DNA of 64,000 nt from Basidiobolus meristosporus CBS 931.73 (lineage: Eukaryota > Fungi > Basidiobolomycota), in NCBI GenBank assembly GCA_002104905.1, contig MCFE01000023.1:168615-232614 (forward strand), written 5' to 3'. The position numbers and the translations under genes are program-made. Positions 49,921 to 60,509 of this stretch are shown here, one piece after another (position 1 is the stretch's first letter; each line of letters starts with the position of its first letter). The notes beneath the pieces were generated by a model. The model worked only from the letters and a program-made list of their open reading frames with translations. It did no database searches and had not been told where the DNA came from.

Positions 49921-50576
49921 TTAATATTCAAGGTAAAATATTGGATTCTACTAAACTTTTGTTCGCGGTACAGTTTGTAAAGTATGTAAAGCCACAATGC
50001 CCATTTCAAGGGGCCAGAAAGGAAAAAAAGAAATAATTCTGAGGTTAGCCAAGCTATTCACATAAACCTTCAGTAATATTATCCGGTACTCGGTTAGGTC
50101 ACCAATAAGAATAAGATGAATCTGACTGCAGTTACAAGAGAGGAATTTAGCACCGAATTGGCCTACTCTCGCTTTGGCCATCAGCAAGGGCATGGCTAAT
50201 ACATAAGATAACTCGTATGGATACCAAACAGTAACCATCTTTGTTATGATTACCATTACAACAACAAGCTTGGAAAGGTGATCTCTTGCCGATATCAACA
50301 TTAATGCCACTCTAATCATTAATCAGTATCCTATACCTAAAGCAGGTTATCCATAAAAAAGATCCTAAATTTCTTGGTTCAAACAACAATTGGCGAGTTA
50401 TGTAAGCACCCAGATATCCAATATGAGTTATGTACACGTAGCACATCTATTCAGCACACCACAGTTTGAACGAAGTAAAATAACGATTCAAACGCTGTCA
50501 GTAAAGCATGTTGTAAAGGTCGAGTCAATATTCCTGGTGGTTAGGATGAAATTCAAATTACCCCTGGTCATGGCAT

Positions 50577-50648
50577 GGCTCAATGGTCTAGTAGTATGAT
50601 TCCTCGTTCGGGTCGAGGAGGTCCCGGGTTCAATTCCCGGTTGAGCCC
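50577..50648 (+). tRNA. tRNA-Pro(CGG), D-loop variant
   Basis: 72-nt cloverleaf GGCTCAA/TTGAGCC, CCTCG-TTCGGGT-CGAGG, CCGGG-TTCAATT-CCCGG; D-loop AGTAGT instead of AGTGGT. Confidence 0.9.
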
Positions 50649-51290
50649 TAATGTTTTGATCGGCTGAATACAATTTTTGAAGCTGTGTGGTGCAATTAGT
50701 AACAGAGCTCGACTTGATTCGCATACAAGAGGCTATTGAATGTTGCCTCTTGATGGTTTAGAATAGCATATGTTGCTGGTGGTGGGCTGCTTTAGTGACA
50801 ACCAGTTCGTAGCACTGGCATTAACCGTAATTGGAGATTTCTTTTGCAGCACAATCATTACTACTACCTCACGATTAAGTAAAGTCGAAAAGTTGCCATG
50901 TCAGCTCCACAGCTAACAAACTGAATCTCTCATGGTATCTCACAACAGGAGCATATAATAGCATTGTACATTTGACGTAATCTAGATCGCCATATCGAGT
51001 CGCATTCTTACCAGATGAAAGGAGTAATTGCGATTTTGATGAAATGCTATATGAAGCGAAGTTTATTAATATGTCCAGTAATTTGGAAACCGCTTGCAGG
51101 CCAAACCGAATAGATGGTGTATAATGGCCATATGCGACCAGATACACAGTCTTTCAATAAAGAAAACGAAATATTGCCTAATATGTAAAATGGGCCAATT
51201 TGTGACACTATCCAATGCTTGTTAATCGAAACGTTCATTCAGACGAGAAGCCTAGGTACCCCAATCTTGTTTCATGATCAGTAACACCGT

Positions 51291-52529
51291 TTATAGGTTG
51301 CTAGTTGGTTGGAATCCAGTTTCAAAGTAATCCTTGACGATCTGTCGAATGTCTAGAGCACACCCATAGGAAAGTGTGAAGCCCGATCCTCCATGGCCAT
51401 AATTGTGGAATAATCTAGGATTAAACTCATCCTGACCGACACGGGGTGAGTCACGGAATGGGCGAATCCCTGCACGATAATAATAGTCCGTGAATTCAGC
51501 CTTTGCTAGATCGGAATAAAGATTGACGCATCCGGTTCTCATTTTGTCCAGATATTTGTGCTTTTCCTCGTCCCATTCGAGTGCCTCTTGTCCCATTTGG
51601 GCGTACCCACCAAGGATCAGGATATCATCATTTCTAGGTACAATGAATTCGAACCTGCCCTCCTCTGCCTTAAGTTTCTCATCTGCAGTCGCACCAATAC
51701 CAACCTCATGCTGAGAAATGGAAATACATCCCTCAATTTTTTCGAATCGCTTCCCGTCATTCTTGGCATGAAGCAGAATCCCACGAAGGGGTTTCATTCT
51801 GTTGTCGCCACAGAGTTCCCTTGATGCCATGCCTGTACAGTTGATAACAATATCGGCTTTGAATCGCTTCAGCAGATATGGCATCTCTTCATGGAGTGTG
51901 TCTTCCACCACCCCGTACGAAAGCACCACTCCCATATCTTCAACCTGCCTCCCCAACCAGGGTAGGTAGCTTCCGGGATCAACTACATACGATAGGTGCT
52001 CATACCCATCTACAATGTTGTAGCCGTTCTTCTCCAAGTCTGTGTTGATTTTGTACTTTTGAATAAGATGTGGAAGATCATCATTGAACTCCTCGCACAC
52101 GCTTTCGATTTCATGCTTCTTCTGGAGTCCATCTGGCCCAAGCTCAAGATCAAATAAGAAACACGACATGCGCTGGCGGATACCAGTCTCATTGGCTCCA
52201 TACTTATTAGCAATATCCTTGAATTGGATATATGATACTTGGCACCACTTCTTCAGGGCTTCAAGTTGCTCCTCAGTATCTTTCCCATGGGAACCGCAGA
52301 CAGCCGGAGGCCATTCCCACAGGGCGCCGGCAATCTCGGATACAATCTCCTTACCATGGGCTCCAGGCTGGGCGTATTGTTTTGCTAGAACAGTTACTTT
52401 ACACCCGGTTCTTCTTAATGTCCAAGCAGTAGTAAGGCCAGAGACACCGCCTCCGATGATAAGGACATGTGGCGTGGTACCATCAGCGCGGCTAATATGG
52501 ATCTTCTTGTAGAGGCTTCCGGGGTTCAT
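51291..52529 (-). CDS. FAD-dependent D-amino acid oxidase family protein, intronless
   Basis: VLIIGGGVSGLTTAW (GxGxxG), AGALWEWPPAVCG, AGIRPFR, HNYGHGGSGFTLSYGCA; ends SNL*. Confidence 0.9.
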   Translation of the reverse strand: MNPGSLYKKIHISRADGTTPHVLIIGGGVSGLTTAWTLRRTGCKVTVLAKQYAQPGAHGKEIVSEIAGALWEWPPAVCGSHGKDTEEQLEALKKWCQVSYIQFKDIANKYGANETGIRQRMSCFLFDLELGPDGLQKKHEIESVCEEFNDDLPHLIQKYKINTDLEKNGYNIVDGYEHLSYVVDPGSYLPWLGRQVEDMGVVLSYGVVEDTLHEEMPYLLKRFKADIVINCTGMASRELCGDNRMKPLRGILLHAKNDGKRFEKIEGCISISQHEVGIGATADEKLKAEEGRFEFIVPRNDDILILGGYAQMGQEALEWDEEKHKYLDKMRTGCVNLYSDLAKAEFTDYYYRAGIRPFRDSPRVGQDEFNPRLFHNYGHGGSGFTLSYGCALDIRQIVKDYFETGFQPTSNL

Positions 52530-55428
52530 TTTTTGCGAATTGTGGAGACGATTCTGTGTTGAAAGTGTGGTTCGTGCCTTGAGATACACAATTATTGTTC
52601 AGAGCGAGATGCAATGCTCTATGCCGTCGAGTAAATGTCTTATTTATACTCTCACCTGTAGACTACAGTGTAACGGAGGCAGGTTCTATACCTGGGGCTT
52701 GAATAGGGCGCCTTCCAATATCTCTCTCAATGATCCTGCCTTTTGAACCTGTTAGAAAGCAATAACTCAAAAACCACTTTAAAATTCCTAGTCAAAAGGA
52801 ACATTGGTTTCTCTTCATTGTAGCTTGAGAAAGTGCTGGCAACTTTTCGAATTTGGCATAAAGCGTGTCATGTCATCTGGAGTGCAACTGATATCCACGG
52901 CGTGTAACCCGAGCTGTGCGTGACATTCAGTCCAAAATTATACACGTGGAGGCAATTCTAGATGTGGACTAATATGGGGAGAATATACGTGAACATTACA
53001 AATTTACAACGAAATCAAAACTAAGTGTAATATAAAGGTTAGAGAACTTGCTGCTTTGCCGTGGCTAAGCTGGATAGACACTAATCAACATTAGGTAAAA
53101 TTTGGATTTCTGTAAATGGGAATAATCGGCGTTTGCGATATGTATTCCGGTATTGTGCTATGGTAACGATATGAAGTTTTCTCATTCTTTGTGTGTGTGC
53201 AATTTTCCCATTCTAGCTAAGCACAGCCCGTTGGAATAGTCTAGGCACCATCTGTTTCATTAAGTACTTACTTGAATTGAATCCAGTCTTTATCTGATAT
53301 GTATAATCCCGAGGATACTAGTTGCATCCCGAAATACATGAGCTATATTTATGGCGCGGATGCAATCATCATTCAAAATAGAGCTAATAACAAACTAAAT
53401 AATGTTAGAGGTAGGAAAGTAGTGGCAAATATTTACTTTGGATCAGTGCAAGGCTAGCCACAATGCAATGAAGAAGGCTGAGAGCTTATACTAGATAGTA
53501 CAGATAATGAATCTAAATTAAAAACCCAACATATAGTAGTCTACTAGCAAATATAACTATGCATAGTACCACTTTATATGTTAGTAAAGCAATGAGTTTT
53601 CCGCATTAGCATGCATGAAATGTCATAAATTTTGGATAAGCTAAGCCAAAGTAAAATGGATTTGGTGAAATCAATACTGAAAGGGCCTCACATATAAAAA
53701 AAGCTGAGCATCAAGTTCTCTATAAATTATGGATTATTTGTTGTAAATCAGAGTATAGGAGCATAGATTTAACTTTTGTGGGTATTTAGTAGATGTTGGA
53801 TGTGCTTGGGGAACAGGTACACAATGCGGTTCTTACCATTTACCTTGCTGATTATAAAAGCAGTTTTATACATTTACAGAGTCTTGTATAAGGAGAGCCC
53901 ATAAAGTAATTTGACAAGTGACTATAAATGGGTATGTACAAGAGCATATACCAAATGGAATGTATTAATTTCCTTTGTTGCTATATTTGTATGCTTAATA
54001 AGTGTAACTTGTCACATTACACATACACAATCGCTCCCAGGCTTGGCATATAGCTTTCTGGATCCTTCTTGCTCTGCATTAGCATTTGAACGTCAGCATT
54101 TTGAGAACTGGGTGACTTGATTGTCATATTCACTTTTCCAAACCAGTTGGCACTACAATGCTTTGGTTACAAGGAACATTTGCTTGTTCAATAACTAACT
54201 ATGTAGTGACACCCCTAACTGCTTTAAACTACAAGTATATATTTTTCAGTGCACTTTTGCTAGTACTGGATATCATTGCTCATTGGCAAGTTGCTATTGT
54301 AACTTGTTCTCTTAGATTTCACTGAGCCGGCCACAGCCTTAACTCAGCAAGTACTATAAGTTTTGCAGAGTCAATCTTTTCTCATAAAGTCATATGTCGA
54401 GGCCAGGTGACCTATGGACAGCTTTTCAACAGAAAAAATCATATTGTGAAAGCATATAGAAAAGGTTCTTAGTCCCAGCTGTGGTGAGCGCACGGTAAAA
54501 TGGGAAACAATGGGTGATCAAGGAAAGCAGAGGCGTATTACTAATTAGAAACTGACAGGAAGTAATACCAAATTATGGCATATGTGGAATTCCTTCCAAA
54601 GGCTACAAATATATAAAGCATAAGCAAGTATCGGGTCTTTGTAGTCTTGAATATGTCGAGGAAGGTACTGTATTTTAGAATGACTTCTATTTATTCTTCA
54701 AAGAGGCTTTAGGCTAACATGGCAACATGGGAGATAGTCTTAGTAGTGGAGGCTTCCTGTTCGGATTAAGTCTCAGTCTTGGGTGAAGCAAGGCCGCCTG
54801 TACTCCGTGACGTCATAGTACTCTGGCCGGAGATCATTGTCCCTTCACTTGCTGCCAGGATGGCCGTAGTCCAAGAGCCAGTCCATGATGGCCATTAAGA
54901 CACGGAAACATGCTGGAATAACGAAGGCGACATGTCATGCTTGCTCTGGACCAAAATGATGGCCAGGGCGTCATACATCAAGGGGTCAAATTTCCAAATC
55001 CAGTACAAATGGCGTTAGCGGTACCTAAAATGTTGGTGCGAGGGCCAACACAAGGCACAAAGGGGGCACCATTGCTACCAAAAAGAACTGGATGGCAATT
55101 AGGCCAATGGGTGAGCGATCTGGAGAAACTGGCCATATTTATCCTTGGTCAGGGAGCTAGACAGAAAGAGAAGAGGAAAAGCTATGTGAAGAAAGGGAAA
55201 AGCCTATGGATTGCTGAGAGAATATAGAATGATCACAATGAGAGTTGATCGTCTTTCAACATTATAACAAAAACCAACGCAGATAGTTCACCACTTTATT
55301 TTGGTGAGCATATAATCCTCTCTTCTACAATAAGGATGACTTACTGGCCATTTACTTCAGTGAAATATACATCATTACAACTTGCCAAAGGGCGTTGAAA
55401 GTATATTTTACCGATTGATTCTGATGCA

Positions 55429-56268
55429 TTACTTCACTTCAGCAAATGCCTGCAAAGCATCATGTAATTTGCCAAAGGTGCCATCATGCCACGCCTTTGC
55501 CTCTTCCCATTCTGCCTCAGGTAAGGTTCCTTGCATCATTTTTAACCACCCGCCGACAATGAAATCGGCATAGCTGGCCTGTGTCCCAAGCAGAAACGGT
55601 CCACTGGGTTCCCTTTTAAAGAGGTCTGCAAGCGGTGCCAGCGTGTCGCGGAAAGATTTCTTAAGCTTTTCTCGCTCTTCGCCACGCACAGCTAGATCAT
55701 CCCAGGACGCGACATTAGCACGCCGTAAGAACTCCGCTTTGGCTAGGTGTTCGATAGTCGGGTCGAAGGGCATACCGTGAGCCATGAGCTGCGTATGTAT
55801 TGTGAAAGCTGCATCAACATGCATGTTAAACACAGAGTAATCTGCGAACTCGATGTCATTGCGTTCTGACAGCGGCACAAGCATCGTCAAGTCGTGCGGA
55901 TAGCGGTAGTCAAGTTTTTGAAGAGGTAGCAGGTCACCTGAGCCAGAATCCGGGTACGTCTTCTGTAGGTGGATGGCAATATCGAAGGAATCGCCGAGTT
56001 TGGCAGTGTGTGCGGGATCGGAGAGCATCGGAAGTGTGTAAAAGTCAGATCCATCGGCTAACTTGCGCGAAGCAGGTAGACCAAATTCACGACGCACCTT
56101 TGTGATGTCCGGCAGTTGGACCCACGTAGTCGAATACGGGACTTTTTTGAAGTTAAGCGCATAGCGGGATTTCCAAGGATTCGGCGAGCAACAAGTTTTG
56201 GTAACTGGGGGACGCATGGCAATGTCGTAGAAGACAAGACTATCGGATGGGGTTGAGGAGTTTGCCAT
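55429..56268 (-). CDS. Glutathione S-transferase N-terminal domain protein (fungal GST_N-type), intronless
   Basis: FYDIAMRPP..CCSPNPWKSRYALNFKKVPY, YTLPMLSD, GDSFDIAIHL, GPFLLGTQASYADFIVGGW. Confidence 0.88.
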   Translation of the reverse strand: MANSSTPSDSLVFYDIAMRPPVTKTCCSPNPWKSRYALNFKKVPYSTTWVQLPDITKVRREFGLPASRKLADGSDFYTLPMLSDPAHTAKLGDSFDIAIHLQKTYPDSGSGDLLPLQKLDYRYPHDLTMLVPLSERNDIEFADYSVFNMHVDAAFTIHTQLMAHGMPFDPTIEHLAKAEFLRRANVASWDDLAVRGEEREKLKKSFRDTLAPLADLFKREPSGPFLLGTQASYADFIVGGWLKMMQGTLPEAEWEEAKAWHDGTFGKLHDALQAFAEVK

Positions 56269-57205
56269 TGTGGTCAATGAGGAGCTAAAGGTACACTATC
56301 AGTTCTAGTGTGGTTAAGGGTTGAGGACTCGCGATAGGTCAACTTTTGTAGTAGCACATTTGGTGACGTGGATTGTCTACCACTGTATGGCTTTCAAGCA
56401 GCATATTCTGCAGTAGCGCGATCACCGTTACGCCACTTTCCCCAATAACTAGGATCGGCTTCCTTGATAGATCCCTGGCCGCTCCCTGCAAATTCTTATT
56501 GTTTGATCATCCAATAGCTCCCCAACCCCTCATCACCCCCTAGTGAAGAAACAGTGAACACTTATGAGCTTCATAATTAATGCCAGTCCTATCCAAGCTT
56601 TACATAGCTAGAATTAGCATTTAAATAAGCCAAATTACTCCAAGGAGTGGCTAAAAAGCTAGGTTTTTTATGGGGGTGGGAATGTCACCAATGTAGGTTA
56701 AATCTTCATTTGAATTGGTACTGTGATCAGCCGGAATAGTGGAACAAGTCCAATAATCTGCATAAGAGAAGTAGAGATTTCTCCCAAGGAGAGTGGTTGG
56801 TAAAGTGCTTGTTGCACATACTTCCTGTAGGATGATATTGGGTTTGCCCCAATCTAGAATGAGGGACCCTGGAGGAATTCTACATTCAAAGGGTTTGAAA
56901 AGTTCCCAATAGTTCTACGTTAGTTACAAATATCTCCTTCACACAAAGGAATATCAACGTTATTCATTACGATTAGAGGACCAGGCTCAACTAGACCCAT
57001 CAATCGCCGTCTCTTATGGCCTCATTGGTGGTGTGAATCTAGCTTCGCCCTCTAAAGAGTAGTAAATTTACAATGTGAGGATGTCAAATTGGCCGTTGAA
57101 ATCTGGAGCTTTAATCAACTTGATGTGACGGATGCGCCCGAGAGGCTCGGCTTAAGAGACAAGAAATAGGATCCTTATCCTACCAACTTCATCTAGATTA
57201 CCAGC

Positions 57206-58423
57206 CTACGCTCGAATAGTGTGCAAAAAGGCTGGGCTCTCAAATCCTTGCTTGACCTTCGCAATGGGGATCTGATACGCGCGGCTCGCTTCGTCTTCGC
57301 TCTGCAAGTGACGGACGTACGCTTGCGCTACCTTGAGCCAAGACGCCCTCTCTGCAGAGCTCGCTCTTGCTCCCTCCCACACCCATATCTCACGATTTGC
57401 GTTGTTGAGGATGAAAACGTCGTTTCCATCAAGGTCATTTTTGGAGATGTACCCGTCTTTAATCAATTCGAACTGCAGCTGACCGGATGCGTCACTGAGA
57501 CGTAATAGCTTGGAAGGTTGCGAGGATTTCATGGGCCCACTGGCCGGACCACGAGATGTAGAGCCCAAAGGACGAGCGTGGTGGAACGATTGAACTTCCG
57601 ACTCGTCTCCGGCACCGAGCTCTTCTAGCACACGGCGGGACCCTGAGTCCAACTGTGATAGGACTTCTACGTCGACGTGCTTGGCTAGGGTCATGTCGTG
57701 GACGATCTGGGCGGCTTTCGCTTTCTCCATTGGTGAGCAGTTTTTACCCTGCCAAACGTAAATCTTGTCACCCCGGTCGAAAATGAAGACGTCTCCTTCG
57801 TCCAGGCTGGTGGCAGAAGGCTCTACCTCGTGTACGACTACCGAGTCACGCCCGACCATGTGACCGGCGCTGAAAACGCGCAGAAGGGTCTTGGTTTCCG
57901 GTTTGACTGTCTCTTCGACATGACGGAAGCCCGAGGCCACACCACCACGGCGGATGGTTATGCGGGGAAACAAGGCCAGGAATACGTCGCTGGGCTCGGC
58001 CTGCGTTTCGCGGTGCTGGGTTGCAGTTCCTTGCAGAAACTCATCCAGCTCGACGGTCTTGTAAGCAGCTACCCCAGCCTCGTCCTGTGATGTCTTGGAA
58101 CCGAGCCAGAAGAAAGCATCGTGGCCGAGTCTATGCGTTTCCGTGCCATCCTCGTTACCAACCTTGTAGGAGTGCAGCACAATGTAGCTATCGCCTTCAA
58201 AAAAGACCCCAATTTGGTGTGGTGGAAGGGGTACAACCTCGAAGTTTTCGATACGCCAAACCTTTAAGCCGGTAGTCACACCGACGCAGCCATCGTTCCA
58301 CGCCGGCTCTGTCAAAGCAGAGTTGTACTTGACCTTGTGGTCGATATCGGTACCAATCAGCTCCACATTACTGTCTTTAATATCGTATTCCTTAGAGGGT
58401 ATGAGACCTTTATTTGATGGCAT
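57206..58423 (-). CDS. Three-domain gelsolin/severin/fragmin-like actin-binding protein, intronless
   Basis: GLKVWRIENFEVVP, FFEGDSYIVLHSY, FFWLGSKTSQDEAGVAAYKTVELDE, LDEGDVFIFD, LDGNDVFIL. Confidence 0.93.
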   Translation of the reverse strand: MPSNKGLIPSKEYDIKDSNVELIGTDIDHKVKYNSALTEPAWNDGCVGVTTGLKVWRIENFEVVPLPPHQIGVFFEGDSYIVLHSYKVGNEDGTETHRLGHDAFFWLGSKTSQDEAGVAAYKTVELDEFLQGTATQHRETQAEPSDVFLALFPRITIRRGGVASGFRHVEETVKPETKTLLRVFSAGHMVGRDSVVVHEVEPSATSLDEGDVFIFDRGDKIYVWQGKNCSPMEKAKAAQIVHDMTLAKHVDVEVLSQLDSGSRRVLEELGAGDESEVQSFHHARPLGSTSRGPASGPMKSSQPSKLLRLSDASGQLQFELIKDGYISKNDLDGNDVFILNNANREIWVWEGARASSAERASWLKVAQAYVRHLQSEDEASRAYQIPIAKVKQGFESPAFLHTIRA

Positions 58424-58657
58424 TGCAGTTAGTTTTCGAAATGGAGCGGAGCAAGGAACGAACCCTGCTATATATCTACAGACGTGAGGTTTTGCGGGGT
58501 TGTGAAGTTGATAAGATATCACTGCGTCGATAATGTGGATGACGTACCAGCGGGATGTAGGTGGGCGGGCATCGGCCAGCTTTAAGAAATTTACCGGAAA
58601 TTTGGATTCAAGAATACGCATAAAATAAAATCACTGCATCCAACAAATTATCTCCAC

Positions 58658-58935
58658 TTAGGTGAGGGGGGGGGGTGACAATCACCAACAGGTGAAATCT
58701 TTATTTCAATAACTCAAAATAAAGAAGCTAAGTCCTACATGAATAGCAAGAGGAGTTAAAATAGAGTTAAGAGGCGTGGGACGGATAACCAAAGGATGTA
58801 AGGGCTTATCAACAATTGCAACTAAGTCAGACAAGTATAAACTGGAGGAAAGTGAGAATGGAGTATAGTGGCTGAGGTAGCTCCTCTATAAAGTGGAGAT
58901 ATGTGTAGCATAAGAAAGTACTGGGTTTTTAGAAT
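58658..58935 (-). mobile_element. Unit D: 3' fragment of an older, diverged telomeric RT element
   Basis: Carries the shared 3' tail; translation SKNPVLSYATHISTL*RSYLSHYTPF..PLNSIL aligns to the RT C-terminus SEKPKLAYLKYLTDLWQQYLQQHTPF..PLNSVL. Confidence 0.75.
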
Positions 58936-59102
58936 TTAGGGGGAGGAAAGTCACCAAGTGGTGAAATCTTTATTTACTTATGACAAGTATCTAACAAAGC
59001 CAAGTTAATCTGAAGTTATTCCTAGAAAGCTAGGTCTGAGAGTTGAGAAGCTGAGTGGTACTATATTTCCTAGTTAGCTAGGTCTGAGAGAGGTTTCCTG
59101 GA
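58936..59102 (-). mobile_element. Unit B1: 5'-truncated copy of the telomeric SINE-like unit
   Basis: Near-identical to the start of 61663 and 63269 on the + strand, lacking one internal hairpin repeat; truncated and followed by gttaggg. Confidence 0.85.
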
Positions 59103-59692
59103 GTTAGGGTGTAGGTGTTATAGTAAGGGCTAGGAAAAGGTTAGAAGAGCAGGGGGTCTGGGGGACACAGTCCCCTAGAGAATAAAAAAGCAGGGGGTTT
59201 GGGGGATGCAATCCCCCATACTGCTCCCATACTCTTTAAATTCCCTTTGGATTACTTTTCTGTCATTCTTGGTTCTGGTCCCTTAGGGTTACAATTTCTC
59301 CTCTTAACACTTATCACCCTAACCATAAATATTTTAACCCTACAATTGGCACATTGTCTGGTCATATAGTGGGCATGTCTGGGCTACTATTTGTCTCCCT
59401 ATACTGTCTGTATGCTCTGTATAAGTCTTGATGACTATTTAATTAATAAATTGTTACTTCTAATGTATATCTAATAATTAATGGGAATCATCCCAAACTG
59501 GCCACAAACCCATATTTTGATAAGCTTTGGGCACCATAAATTTCACAGCCCTAATATGATAAAAAAATTCATGGCCAATGCAAATTTTCTGTAACCCAAT
59601 TGCCTTTACCAAATATCAAGTGTATCCCAAAGTTCAATATATATTATAGCTATAATAAAAACTTTATTTGACACCATTGCAACTACTACTTG

Positions 59693-60509
59693 TTAGGGGG
59701 GGGGAGACAGTCACCAACAGGTGAAATCTTTATTTCAGTTGAAACAAAGAAGCCAGCGCTACTGTTGTAGCTTTGATACAAGAGTGTGTAGCTGAGGGGA
59801 ATTTGTAGGTAAGTTAATAAGAAGTGATGATAGTTCTTCAGTGCTCAAGACACTGTTCAGTGGGAAGGGGGGTAGCAAGAGAGGTAAGAATGACTTGTGA
59901 ACAACATTAATGAGGGGAATGTGATAAGGGTTGATATTCATCATAAAGGGAGTGTGCTGCTGCAGATATTGCTGCCAAAGGTCTGTCAAGTACTTCAGGT
60001 AGGCCAGCTTGGGTTTTTCTGACTGCAGAATATAGTGTGCAAACTTCTTGACTTCAGGATCTCCAAGTATAGTTCTCCAGCAGGAGCCAGGTGTTGTGTG
60101 GTGTGTTCTCTTCCAGGCCTTAATCAGTGGGTTGCTGCAGTTGTGAAGTCTGAGGTATAATCTGGTTCTAAGGTAGAGAAGTCTGATCTTATAGGGCATA
60201 AACCCAAAAGCACCAAGAATAGCATGTCTGTAGGGGCATTCAGGCAAATGAGGCACCAAGGAGGTAATGCACCATACTGCAAACTTGTCAAGCTTAGTGC
60301 AGTCTCTAGAAGTAAGAGAGAGAAGTGGTAAGCCAAATTCCAGGACAGGGAAGACAAACTGCTTGAGTAGAAGGAGGCAGCTGGGAGCTGAAGTTGTAGG
60401 AGGAGTAACAGCCAGTAGCTTGTGGAGTGCCTGTCTTGCCAGGATAATTCTCTTCTTCAGGTGTGCTCCAGCATCTAGACCAGTAGGAAGGAAAGGAAAG
60501 CCAAGATAT
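59693..60509 (-). mobile_element. Unit A1: 5'-truncated LINE-type RT element (C-terminal ORF 59759-60509)
   Basis: About 97-98% identical by eye to A2; open frame; shared 3' tail. Confidence 0.9.

Noticed and set aside
50700-51240. ORFs 50875-51147 and 51047-51238
   Set aside because: No recognisable domain; possibly decayed coding sequence but unsupported.
54780-55227. GC-richer island with ORF 54937-55227
   Set aside because: Multiple stops in every frame and no motif; cannot call a gene or TE.
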